A stretch of 64,000 bases of DNA from contig JBCBZJ010000011.1 in the NCBI GenBank assembly GCA_039815375.1, forward strand, positions 38,192 to 102,191. The letters are read 5' to 3'. The translations under genes and the position numbers were made by a program. The notes under the pieces were generated by a model. It saw nothing but the letters and a program-made list of their open reading frames with translations, made no database searches and was not told the origin of the DNA. How positions within the stretch are numbered: the first letter of the stretch is position 1; every line of letters begins with the position of its first letter. This document shows, piece after piece, positions 28,043-37,782 of the stretch. Source of the DNA: Verrucomicrobiota bacterium (GTDB taxonomy: Bacteria > Verrucomicrobiota > Verrucomicrobiia > Opitutales > Coraliomargaritaceae).

Positions 28043-29875
28043 ATGAGATACAATAAGGCATTTCTGCTAGCCAGCTTCGTCACACAAATCATATTCTTCT
28101 CGCATGGCGAGCTGAGTGCTCAAGATTACTATGTAGATCCGACTAACGGCAGTGACCAGAATAACGGAACCAGCAGTCGCTCAGCTTGGAGAACTTTCAA
28201 GCCACTGGCCGAAACAACCCTGAATGCCGGGGACCACGTCAAAATTCTCCCTGGTGAGTATCGTTCCTCACTCGTCATAAAAGGTGAAGGAACCGTCCAA
28301 GATCCGGTTAAGATCTCATTCGCCCAGGGTCGATTCGATCTCTTTCCGGATGAAATGGAAGCAAGGAAGCTGCACATCTCAAATACCAACGATACCCCAT
28401 GGGAACCAAAGAAACTGGCCATCGTTCTGGATCAGACAAAAAATGTGCTGCTCGAAGGCAACAATACGGATTTTTACTGCCGGGGTAAGATGATCGAAGT
28501 GTTCATTGAACGCAGTGAAAACATCAAATTGAGAGGGATTAACTTCGACTACCACCGTCCAACAGTCTCCGAGTTCAAGGTTCTTTCAAAAGCAGAAAAT
28601 CGAGCAATCATCGAAATTCACCCCGACTCCGACTACAAGGTAGAGAACGACAAGATCATCTGGATCGGAGAAGGCTGGTCATCCAATGCCAGCGCTCCCG
28701 GTTACCAAAGGCGTGACACGGTAACCGGCCAGACTGTTCGAGAGAAGAACTCTCTAAGTAAATCATACACCGCCAAACAATTGGAAGGCCGCAAGATCGA
28801 AATTTACGGAGAAAACCGGTTTGGAGAAGGCGATATCTACCAGAACCGCGAACACCGCCGCGATTGTGTTGGCATCTTCCACAATCTGAGCAAGGGAGTA
28901 ATCTGGGAGAATTGTAATCTATACTTTCTGCACGGCATGGGCGTAATTAGTCAGTTCACGCAAGATATCACCTTCCGTAATGTCCGCTTTGCACCACGCG
29001 AGGGCTCCGGCCGAACCTGCGCTGCCTGGGCAGACATACTCCACTTCTCAGGCTGCAGAGGAGACCTCATCGTCGATAATGTCTTTTTCTCTGGTGCTAA
29101 TGACGATGCAATTAATGTGCACGGAACCTACCTACAAATCGAAGAAAAGCTTGCTGGCAATAAACTCCTGATGCGTTTCCGCCATGGCCAAACGTATGGG
29201 TTCCAGCCCTTCTACCCCGGCGACGAGGTCGGCTTTGTCGAGAGCGAATCTCTGGCGACATTCGACACCAATAAAGTAACCTCCGTCGAACGTAAGGATG
29301 ATAAACTCTGGATCGTTACACTTGAAAACAGTGCACCAGCATCCACTAAAATACACGATGTGCTCGAAAACCGTACATGGGCTCCCAACCTCACCGTGAC
29401 CAATAGCGTAGTCGAACACATACCAACTCGCGGTTTTCTAATCTCGACTCGTGGTAAGGTGTTGGTCGAAGGCAACCACTTCGTCGGAATTCCCAGACCA
29501 GCGATCCTCATCGCCGGCGATTGCAAAAGCTGGTTTGAATCCGGCGCAGTCACAGATGTGTTGATCAAAGGTAACACCTTTACAAGATGTAAACCGATAT
29601 CCGTTCATCCGGAAAACAAATCGATCGATGTGGCAGCCCCCGTGCACAAGAATATCAGGCTGATCAACAATACCTTCAACATAGACAGCCCTTGGATGAC
29701 GATTCTCGACGCTAAAAGCACTCAAGGCATCGAAATTCGAGACAACACTATCAATATGAAGAAGAAACCCAAGAATATTGATGAGAAGAACCTGTTCGGT
29801 GATCGTGGAGGTGTCTCTACAGTTAATATTAGTTCAAACAGGATTAACGTCTTGGAGTTTAGCAGCCTAAGGTAA
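28043..29875 (+). CDS. GH110 alpha-1,3-galactosidase
   Basis: LHISN, FDYHRPTVSE, FLHGMGVISQF, WADILHFSGCRG, GANDDAINVHGTYL, FRHGQTYGF, PTRGFLISTRGKV, WFESGAV. Confidence 0.9.
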   Translation: MRYNKAFLLASFVTQIIFFSHGELSAQDYYVDPTNGSDQNNGTSSRSAWRTFKPLAETTLNAGDHVKILPGEYRSSLVIKGEGTVQDPVKISFAQGRFDLFPDEMEARKLHISNTNDTPWEPKKLAIVLDQTKNVLLEGNNTDFYCRGKMIEVFIERSENIKLRGINFDYHRPTVSEFKVLSKAENRAIIEIHPDSDYKVENDKIIWIGEGWSSNASAPGYQRRDTVTGQTVREKNSLSKSYTAKQLEGRKIEIYGENRFGEGDIYQNREHRRDCVGIFHNLSKGVIWENCNLYFLHGMGVISQFTQDITFRNVRFAPREGSGRTCAAWADILHFSGCRGDLIVDNVFFSGANDDAINVHGTYLQIEEKLAGNKLLMRFRHGQTYGFQPFYPGDEVGFVESESLATFDTNKVTSVERKDDKLWIVTLENSAPASTKIHDVLENRTWAPNLTVTNSVVEHIPTRGFLISTRGKVLVEGNHFVGIPRPAILIAGDCKSWFESGAVTDVLIKGNTFTRCKPISVHPENKSIDVAAPVHKNIRLINNTFNIDSPWMTILDAKSTQGIEIRDNTINMKKKPKNIDEKNLFGDRGGVSTVNISSNRINVLEFSSLR

Positions 29876-30100
29876 ATGGCGGCCCATCGTTTGTTGAAAG
29901 TAGGGTCTGGCCCGATGTAAGGTAAGCCGTATCCAGTTCAGATGCCGCTGAAAAGCGTCGTTTAATCAATCGATTTGCCAGGAGTGTTTTCTACACTTTA
30001 TGGGCTTGCCCTCCTGTATGTGAAGGAATGAGGATTTATTATATCGTTCTATCTTACCAATAATGGCACTTACCTCTAAATCTACTGACAATATAAAACT

Positions 30101-30991
30101 ATGTTTCACTTATTTCGCAATTCTCTTAACATATTTACGCTTTTGGGCCTAACTGCTCTCGTGTCATTTGCCCATGCAAGTAACGAAAAAGGAAGCCAGT
30201 ATGAGATCGGCCTTTCCATGTATTCACTCCGCCAGCTGTTTGAATCAGGCGAGCTGAACGTGCACGATTATCCAGACTTTGCAAAGAAGACCTTCGGCAT
30301 CACGAAAATCGACGTCTGGAGCGGTGGCTACCCCAAAAACTGGAAAAAAGATCCTGATTTTCTGCCTGAATTGAAGCGCCGTGCCGATGAAGCCGGATCT
30401 GAGATTTTCCTCGTTATGACCGGTAGCGTCAATGCCATTGCCGAAAAGGATAAGGCACTCATAAAGAACGGACTCAAATTCACCTCGGCAGTGGACGAAG
30501 CAGTAGTTCTCGGAGCTCCTTTCGTCCGTGTCTTCCTCAAGGTTGATAACGATGTGCCCGAGGAAGAGTCGATCCGCCGTGCAAAAGTAGCACTAGGTGC
30601 GCTCGCGGATTACGCGAAATCAAAAGACATTACAATCGTGATCGAACCTACGCCTGCCAGTAAGAAAGGTTCCGGCGCATATCTTGCCAAAGTGATGGCG
30701 GCCATGGACCATCCGAACTGCAAACTGATGCCTGATTTCGGCAAAATGATTAAGACCGACTTTTATCAGGGCACGAAGGACATGATGCCGCATACCATAT
30801 GCGTTTCCGCCAAGGGGCATGACTTTAATGAAGACGGCAGCCAGAAGGACTTCGATTATCCACGCTTGATGAAGATCATCCGTGAAGCCGGTTTCACTGG
30901 TATCGTTGCAATCGAATACGAGGGCAAGAACCGCAGTCCAGTCGAAGGTGTTAAAGCCATGCAAAAGATCCTCGAAGACTGTAATCAATAA
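30101..30991 (+). CDS. Sugar phosphate isomerase/epimerase (xylose isomerase-like TIM barrel, AP_endonuc_2), exported
   Basis: LSMYSLR, LGAPFVRV, IVIEP, LMPDFG, SAKGHDF, GFTGIVAIEYEG; signal peptide ending AHA. Confidence 0.85.
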   Translation: MFHLFRNSLNIFTLLGLTALVSFAHASNEKGSQYEIGLSMYSLRQLFESGELNVHDYPDFAKKTFGITKIDVWSGGYPKNWKKDPDFLPELKRRADEAGSEIFLVMTGSVNAIAEKDKALIKNGLKFTSAVDEAVVLGAPFVRVFLKVDNDVPEEESIRRAKVALGALADYAKSKDITIVIEPTPASKKGSGAYLAKVMAAMDHPNCKLMPDFGKMIKTDFYQGTKDMMPHTICVSAKGHDFNEDGSQKDFDYPRLMKIIREAGFTGIVAIEYEGKNRSPVEGVKAMQKILEDCNQ

Positions 30992-31099
30992 CAGCTTTTT
31001 GATTAAGGCCTCAGCAACAGACTCGGTGGATTTCTTCCATCGATATACTGATTCCGATTCGCAAGAAGTTTTAAACGGTAGTAAGCAAAAGAACTATCA

Positions 31100-31160
31100 G
31101 TTGAGTCATATTCTCGGCTAGCGAAACCGACCACTTAGACCTCTGTTGGTTGAGTCATAT
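31100..31160. repeat. 12-bp direct repeat GTTGAGTCATAT, two copies
   Basis: Copies at 31100-31111 and 31149-31160 in the intergenic gap of about 540 bp. Confidence 0.5.
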
Positions 31161-31534
31161 AATCGACGTAACCATATCCGTAGTAGAAAGGTATAGTTGT
31201 ACAAACACCAGTCAGAGCAACTTGCCTGAACTTGGTGCTTGCACAGCAATCAGGCGAATTTGGGCATATGCACTCCGCACTAGTCAGGAAAAGAACAACC
31301 TGCTTCCTAAAATAGAATCCAGGATCAGATCCATCATCCAATGGAATGGCTTCTCGTGAACATTGTAACCAAGTAAATGTCTTAGAGGACGTTTAATTAA
31401 TTTAACTATAGTTACTCTCTAAGAAAAGGTGGATGAAATGGCGGTCGCAATTGATTTGAATGCCAATTTAAACTTTGCTGACTTCGATTATTGCGACATA
31501 TCCACTAGCATCAACGACTCATCGGCAATAACTC

Positions 31535-33061
31535 ATGAAAAGACTCTTTGTCTTATTCATCTTGCTCGGCACAGCATCTGTTGCCTCTCCGAGTAAACCT
31601 CCGAATATACTCTTTTGCATCGCGGATGATGCCTCCTTTGAGCACTTCGGAGTTAATGGATGCACTTGGGTCAACACTCCAAACATCGACCGTCTTGCTG
31701 CAGATGGTATCAATTTTGTGGCCGCCTATACGCCTAATCCGAAGTGTGCGCCCTCCCGCTCGGTCATCCTAACCGGACGCAACCCCTGGCAACTCGGGGC
31801 CGCTGCCAACCACTACCCGATTTTTCCGGAAGCTTACAAAACCTACTCCGAAGCACTCAGCGAATATGGCTATGAAATCGCATACACAGGCAAGGGCTGG
31901 GGGCCCGGAACCGCCCGGGGCCGCAATATGACCGGCAAGCACTACGAAAAATTCCGCCAGGCGGATGTCCCGGCCGGTGGTATCAATAAAAACGAATATA
32001 CCCGCAACTTTGACTACTTTCTCGACAAACGAGACCAGAGCAAGCCCTTCGTCTTCTGGTTCGGTTGCAAGGAACCACATCGCAACTACGAGTTCAAATC
32101 CGGTGTCAAGAACGGCAAAACACTCGAATCGATCGATACTGTTCCGGCCTACTGGCCCGATAACGAAACGGTCCGGCACGACATGCTCGATTACGCCGTG
32201 GAAGTTGAGCACTTCGACAAACATGTGGGTGGTTACGTCGAAGTGCTAAGAAAACGTGGCCTACTCGACAACACGCTAATCATCGTGACTTCCGACAATG
32301 GGATGCCCTTCCCTCGCGTAAAAGGGCACCCCTACCATCATGCCGCCCATATGCCTTTTGTAGCACACTGGCCAAAAGGGATCAACGACCCCGGTCGAAC
32401 CTTCGAGCAATTCGTCAGCTTTACCGACCTAGCACCCACTTTCCTCGATATCGCAGGTTTGAGCTTGGCAGAAAGCGGCATGCAGGACTTTGCGGGCCGT
32501 AGCTTGAATGAGATTTTCAAAGGCAACCGCAACATGGCCCCCATCCCCGAACGCACATCCATCCTGATGGGGCGCGAGCGCAACGACGTCGGCCGCCCAA
32601 AGGACTGGGGCTACCCCGTCCGCGCTATCCGTCAGGGCAATTTGTTTTACATCCACAATTTCGAGCCAACCCGATGGCCCTGCGGCAACCCCTCTACCGG
32701 ATTCCGGGACACTGATAAAAGCCCGACAAAGACCGCTATTTACGACACAGGCGTCGGTTCGGATTACTGGAACCAGAACCTCGGCAAGCGCCCCAAAGAG
32801 GAGCTTTATGACGTATCTCAAGATCCCGATTGCGTAGACAATCTGGCCACAAATCCAGAGTATGCCACCCAGATGGCAGCACTGCAAACGGAGTTGTTCC
32901 GACAACTCGAAGCCGAGGGCGATCTTCGCATGTCCGGAAAGGGCGAGTGGTATGAAGCGCAACCCTACTCCAGGGAAAGCTCAAGGAACGCCTACGAAAA
33001 AGTAAAGAACGGCGAAGAACGCTCCGGCGGCAAGTTCATGGATATTGAGGACGGTATGTAG
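31535..33061 (+). CDS. Sulfatase (S1, N-sulfoglucosamine sulfohydrolase-like)
   Basis: PNILFCIADD, KCAPSRSVILTG, TGKGWGPG, EPHR, TSDNGMPFPR, GRERND, EELYDVSQDP. Confidence 0.9.
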   Translation: MKRLFVLFILLGTASVASPSKPPNILFCIADDASFEHFGVNGCTWVNTPNIDRLAADGINFVAAYTPNPKCAPSRSVILTGRNPWQLGAAANHYPIFPEAYKTYSEALSEYGYEIAYTGKGWGPGTARGRNMTGKHYEKFRQADVPAGGINKNEYTRNFDYFLDKRDQSKPFVFWFGCKEPHRNYEFKSGVKNGKTLESIDTVPAYWPDNETVRHDMLDYAVEVEHFDKHVGGYVEVLRKRGLLDNTLIIVTSDNGMPFPRVKGHPYHHAAHMPFVAHWPKGINDPGRTFEQFVSFTDLAPTFLDIAGLSLAESGMQDFAGRSLNEIFKGNRNMAPIPERTSILMGRERNDVGRPKDWGYPVRAIRQGNLFYIHNFEPTRWPCGNPSTGFRDTDKSPTKTAIYDTGVGSDYWNQNLGKRPKEELYDVSQDPDCVDNLATNPEYATQMAALQTELFRQLEAEGDLRMSGKGEWYEAQPYSRESSRNAYEKVKNGEERSGGKFMDIEDGM

Positions 33062-33373
33062 TCGATACACGTAAAGAAGTGCAGGTTCTTTTGTATGCCA
33101 CACGAATATCCATATAACATTCGATCATCATTTCGACATGACTTATATTTCCAAGGATAAGTCTATTTCAATTCCTGAAAAGACTTACTAAGAGCGCATT
33201 CCAAAAAACTGGCTCAAAAATCAAATCCTAGATCTAATAGACTTTGGAATTGTATTAAAATGAATACGATTTTTATCAGGTTAATAGTAAAATTGCCCAA
33301 CCCCAGATCATGTATCAACCGCCCAGGCTTTAAGTGGCAGGAAATAGAATCCGAAATAAGAAATAGAACCATC

Positions 33374-34867
33374 ATGTTCAAGATTCGACCCCGATTAACT
33401 GCGGCCTGCCTTTTTACCGCTAGCATCACAGCCTGCCATGCAACGTCTCTCCTTCCCGAAGATACGAAACCTAACGTCCTTTTCATTGTAGCAGATGACT
33501 TAAATACCGCATTGAGCGGCTACGGTCATCCACAATGCAAGACTCCCAATCTCGACAAACTTGCTTCTGCCGGTGTCTCTTTCACCCAAGCCTACTGCCA
33601 GTGGCCGATTTGCGGCCCGTCCCGAGCATCGATCCTTACCGGCCAGTACCCGCTGAAAAACGGAGTGTTGGGCAACGGCACCCCAATCAAAAAAGAGCGC
33701 ATCACCCTTCCGCGCCATTTCATGAATAACGGCTATTGGTCGGTGCGTGTCAGCAAACTCTACCACATGCGAGTTCCGGGTGATATTGTTGCTGGAACCA
33801 ACGGTGACGATCATGCGCCTTCCTGGCTTGAGCGCCACAATATCACTGCCTTGGAGACCTACACTCCGGGACAGGTTGAGAATGTAACAGCTCCACAAGC
33901 AACTGAACACTACCCGGAAATCCGGAAGCGTTGGGAAGCGGAAGGCTTGCCTCGAGAACATGCCAGAACGCTGAAAGGCGGGCACACCTGGGTCATCGTG
34001 AAGACAGAAGCAAAGGACAGTGGCTTACTCCCCGATGCCATGGCTGCCGACAAAGCGATTGAGGTTCTTCGTGAACGAGCAAAAAAAGAGGAGCCATTCT
34101 TTATGGGTTTCGGTTTGGTCCGCCCGCACTACCCGTATGTTGCGCCCGAACATAACTTCAATGCCTACCCGGTTTCGGAGATACCGCTCGTAAAATTCTC
34201 CAGTGAAGACATGCAGAACGTGCCATCGCAAGCCATCAACAAAGATCTTCGGATTGATGACGATGCCCGTAAACGTATCCGGCAGGCCTACTACGCGACG
34301 ATCAGCTACATGGACGAACAGGTCGGGCGCGTCTTGGCAGAAGTCGATCAACTCGGTTTACGCGACAACACCATCATCGTTTTTCTCTCCGACCACGGCT
34401 ACCTACTCGGCGAGCACCAGAGCTGGAAGAAAAACCTTCTCTGGGAAGAAGCCACTCGGGTGCCATTGATCATCGCTGCACCCGGCCAGCAAATAAAAGG
34501 CGTAAACTGCGATCATTTAGTTGAGCTTGTCGACCTCTACCCGACCTTGGCAGAACTTGCAGGTCTACCTACCGATCCGGGCGCACAGGGCCTCAGTCTG
34601 GTGCCACTTCTCAGGGATCCAGAACGCGGAGGACTTTTGCGCAAGGATACGCTTAGCCAAGCTGCAGGCGGCTATGCACTGCGTCAGGGCAAGTGGGCTT
34701 ACATGTGGTATCCAGCCAAGAAGAAAATTCCGCAAGCAAGCATGCTCTATGATATGGACAAAGACCCCGGCCAATTAAACAACATCGCCGAAAATCCGGA
34801 ATTTAAAACCATTCGTGAACAGCTACATAAACGATTGATGGAACGTATTGAACTAGCGAAAAACTAG
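33374..34867 (+). CDS. Sulfatase (S1, iduronate-2-sulfatase/choline-sulfatase-like)
   Basis: KPNVLFIVADDLN, AYCQWPICGPSRAS, KLYH, RPHYPYVAP, SDHGYLLGEH, VELVDLYPTL. Start 33374 gives a signal peptide. Confidence 0.9.
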   Translation: MFKIRPRLTAACLFTASITACHATSLLPEDTKPNVLFIVADDLNTALSGYGHPQCKTPNLDKLASAGVSFTQAYCQWPICGPSRASILTGQYPLKNGVLGNGTPIKKERITLPRHFMNNGYWSVRVSKLYHMRVPGDIVAGTNGDDHAPSWLERHNITALETYTPGQVENVTAPQATEHYPEIRKRWEAEGLPREHARTLKGGHTWVIVKTEAKDSGLLPDAMAADKAIEVLRERAKKEEPFFMGFGLVRPHYPYVAPEHNFNAYPVSEIPLVKFSSEDMQNVPSQAINKDLRIDDDARKRIRQAYYATISYMDEQVGRVLAEVDQLGLRDNTIIVFLSDHGYLLGEHQSWKKNLLWEEATRVPLIIAAPGQQIKGVNCDHLVELVDLYPTLAELAGLPTDPGAQGLSLVPLLRDPERGGLLRKDTLSQAAGGYALRQGKWAYMWYPAKKKIPQASMLYDMDKDPGQLNNIAENPEFKTIREQLHKRLMERIELAKN

Positions 34868-34931
34868 AGCCGCGGATGAAAACAGGTCATAGCGCACACA
34901 TTAAACAAAACGAATGCCCTGCCCAAATTGT

Positions 34932-35834
34932 CTAGCTATTCAACGCAAAATGTGGATACGCGTGCATCAAGCGTAAGTTGTCATCCATTTGCTCTGGTGT
35001 CTCTGCACCGATGCTCATCGCATCCAAATAATCCAGACTTTGCGCAAAGCGCATGCACGCATCACGCTTCCCCGCCAATTTACCATTCCCGAAAATCTTC
35101 ATGCCAATTACGCTTGCACCGCGTGCTTTGAACCGTTGCTGCACGGGAATAACCTCTGCCGGACTGCCATCCATGATGACTCCGTCGGGATTGATTCGCG
35201 ACAGTGCCACCTCAACCCAATCCAGCTCCGCGGCTCGCTCGAGAGCTTGCAAAGTATGGCAGGACATGCCAAGTGCGCGGATGATGCCCTTCTCCTTCGC
35301 TTCAAGGAGCGCTTCAACATAGCCCATGCAGTCCTGATCCCAATTCGGAGTGATCACATTATGTAGGAGCATGATATCGATCACATCTATCTTCATCTCA
35401 AAACGAAAGCGGTCGAAGGCTTTTAGCGCGGCACGCTTCTGGTCCTCATGATCCATCTTCAAAGCATCTTTGCCATCGAAGCGGTATTGATACTTGGTCA
35501 GGATGGTAACTTTATCACGCGGGATCTGCCGAAGTGCCTCACGGAAGTAAATATGTGAACCATACTGGTCAGCCAGATCGAAGAAACGAATTCCACGCTC
35601 ATAGGCGTGCAGCATCAATCCCACCAGAGATTCAAAGCCGGCCCTTGTGTGGTTCGACATCATTTTCGAACCGCGCGTGCCTGTCCCCATGGCCATGCGG
35701 CTGGTAGTGATACCGGTGTTTCCCAGCGTCACTGTAGGAGGTGCAGGCACATCATGGCCAACTGCCGGCGATGCAAATAAATTGGACGATGCGGTTGAAG
35801 CAGAAAGCACAGAGAGGAATTTGCGTCGATTCAT
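34932..35834 (-). CDS. Aldo/keto reductase with twin-arginine signal peptide
   Basis: MNRRKFLS Tat motif; LGNTGITTSRMAMGTG, FFDLADQYGSH, ILTK, MLLH, GIIRALGMSCH, IGMKIFG. Confidence 0.85.
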   Translation of the reverse strand: MNRRKFLSVLSASTASSNLFASPAVGHDVPAPPTVTLGNTGITTSRMAMGTGTRGSKMMSNHTRAGFESLVGLMLHAYERGIRFFDLADQYGSHIYFREALRQIPRDKVTILTKYQYRFDGKDALKMDHEDQKRAALKAFDRFRFEMKIDVIDIMLLHNVITPNWDQDCMGYVEALLEAKEKGIIRALGMSCHTLQALERAAELDWVEVALSRINPDGVIMDGSPAEVIPVQQRFKARGASVIGMKIFGNGKLAGKRDACMRFAQSLDYLDAMSIGAETPEQMDDNLRLMHAYPHFALNS

Positions 35835-35889
35835 GGAGCGTGATTCGAAATTTCTTAAGGGTTTATGATATGCAGTATCTGGAAAATGT

Positions 35890-37752
35890 CTAAAAGCGCT
35901 TGGACGGTCGGCGCCAAGCAGAGCCACCCGCCTGCAGTATCGCAGCGATATCTTTGGAATAGCGACCACCACCGGCGAGCTTCTCGATCGGCACACCCTT
36001 TACGGCTTCTGGCATATCAAGTAGCTTGATGCCGTCCAAAGCCCACATCGCATGTATGTCGGTCTTCGCTGCGCAGGCTTCCTCGACAAGAAACATCGCA
36101 GCCGCTTGCTTCCCTCCGATTTTGCCCAAGGCAATCGCCGCTGTAATACGAACACTCGAACTGTGATCTTTCATTGCCTGTTCGATAGCGTCCCTCGCTG
36201 GTACAGCCTCTTCGCCAAGCGCACGCATGCCGACGGCAGCCCAGTAACGAATCGTTTCGTTGGCATGACCCAGACCAGCTTCAAAGGTTGGCAGATTTAT
36301 CGGATCCTGATTCGATGCAAGCGTCGCCATCTGCAGGATTTCGTTGATCGGATAATTCGTTTCCGATTGGCCGTATTCGTAGATTGTCTGTTTTCGTGAT
36401 CTATCCACTACTTCGATTAGGGGCTCAGGAAAGAAACCAAGGTCACGGGTATTAAGAATGTGTTGTTTCAGTTGCTGACGCATTCGGGCGAGTATCTGCG
36501 GATTGGACGCAGCCAGATTGTTGACCTCATGCGGGTCGTTTTTTGTATCATATAGCTCCTCGGAAGCTTGCGGCAAATACTGCGCCGACTGCAAGGCGTT
36601 CAGCTTGCCGGCTTTATAAGCTTCATATTGACTCAGTTGTCCGTCCTGCTTGAGCGGATACTTTAGCATCTGGTAGCGCGGACGGTCCGACTCGTAATTC
36701 CGGATGTATTTCCAGCGGCCATCCGTAACCGCACGCGAGGTATCCGGCGATTCATCAAAACGACCGGAAAAGAGAAAGACTGTCTCTGGTTCCGGATCGA
36801 TTCTCTCGCCCAGGAACACATGCCCGGGCATAACCTCTGGCGGAGGAATACTTCCTAATGAAAGCCAGGTCTTCGGCATGTCGATAAACTGTACCAAGCG
36901 GTCGGAGACCGAACCGGGGGCAGCAGGTGCCAAATGTTGCCATTTCTCCGGGAAGTAGACAATCAAAGGCACGCGTGTGCCCGTATCGTGCAGGAAACGC
37001 TTACTGCGTAGGGTTACGCCTCCGTGGTCAGAGCAATAAGCGATGATCGTATTGCCCGCTTCGCCTGAGGCCTCAAGTTCTTTCAAAACCTTTCCGACTT
37101 CGCTGTCCATCAGCTCAAGGCGATCGTAGTAGTTGCGCCAGTCCCTGATGACATCCGGCGTATCCGCTTGATATGGCGGCAATTCGATGTCCTCAGCTGT
37201 AAGCCGTGGCGCCTTCCTTCTGTTTCCAGGAAAGATACCACTCTCGTGCGAGGTCGTAAAATTAAAAACAGAGAAGAACGGCTTGCCCTCCGGACGGTTC
37301 TTGTAGTGCGCTTGCTTACCGCATTCATCCCAGATCTGATTATTCTTAATCGTATTGGTATTATAATCCGTCTTCGATCGATTCGTCGCATAGTAGCCGG
37401 CGTTTTGGAAGAGCCTCGAGTAAGTCTTAAAGATGTTTTGCGGCACCCGGTATCTGGAGCGCATATGCATGGTACCGGTCGTCACTGCAGGCACACCCCA
37501 GATCCATGAGCTACGAGCCACTGCACAGACCGGTGCATTGGCGAAACAGTTCGTGTAGCGAATACCTTCTGCCGCCAGCTTATCGAGATTCGGAGTTTTG
37601 GCATTGGCATCGCCATAACAACCGAGAAACGGACCATTGTCCTCACTTGTAATCCAGAGAATATTGGGGCGATCCGAAGCGACGCTGAACTGTGCGACAA
37701 GTGCGAGCGCGAATACTGGAAACAGCACGGACAAACGTTTGTGATACCGCAT
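35890..37752 (-). CDS. Sulfatase (S1) with C-terminal HEAT repeats
   Basis: RPNILWITSEDN, APVCAVARS, SDHGG, ELYDTKNDPHEVNNLA; IRYWAAVG and VRITAAIALG HEAT helices. Confidence 0.9.
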   Translation of the reverse strand: MRYHKRLSVLFPVFALALVAQFSVASDRPNILWITSEDNGPFLGCYGDANAKTPNLDKLAAEGIRYTNCFANAPVCAVARSSWIWGVPAVTTGTMHMRSRYRVPQNIFKTYSRLFQNAGYYATNRSKTDYNTNTIKNNQIWDECGKQAHYKNRPEGKPFFSVFNFTTSHESGIFPGNRRKAPRLTAEDIELPPYQADTPDVIRDWRNYYDRLELMDSEVGKVLKELEASGEAGNTIIAYCSDHGGVTLRSKRFLHDTGTRVPLIVYFPEKWQHLAPAAPGSVSDRLVQFIDMPKTWLSLGSIPPPEVMPGHVFLGERIDPEPETVFLFSGRFDESPDTSRAVTDGRWKYIRNYESDRPRYQMLKYPLKQDGQLSQYEAYKAGKLNALQSAQYLPQASEELYDTKNDPHEVNNLAASNPQILARMRQQLKQHILNTRDLGFFPEPLIEVVDRSRKQTIYEYGQSETNYPINEILQMATLASNQDPINLPTFEAGLGHANETIRYWAAVGMRALGEEAVPARDAIEQAMKDHSSSVRITAAIALGKIGGKQAAAMFLVEEACAAKTDIHAMWALDGIKLLDMPEAVKGVPIEKLAGGGRYSKDIAAILQAGGSAWRRPSKRF

Positions 37753-37782
37753 TGGTTATTGGGACGAAAAAGAAACCTATGG

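Noticed and set aside
31100..31160. Direct repeats with a 37-nt spacer as a mini-CRISPR
   Set aside because: Only two 12-bp copies and no cas genes.
33188..33250. AGAGCGCATT (also near 43724) plus a short ATTCCAAA/TTTGGAAT pair as possible IS/MITE ends
   Set aside because: No matching terminal repeat pair, target duplication or transposase.
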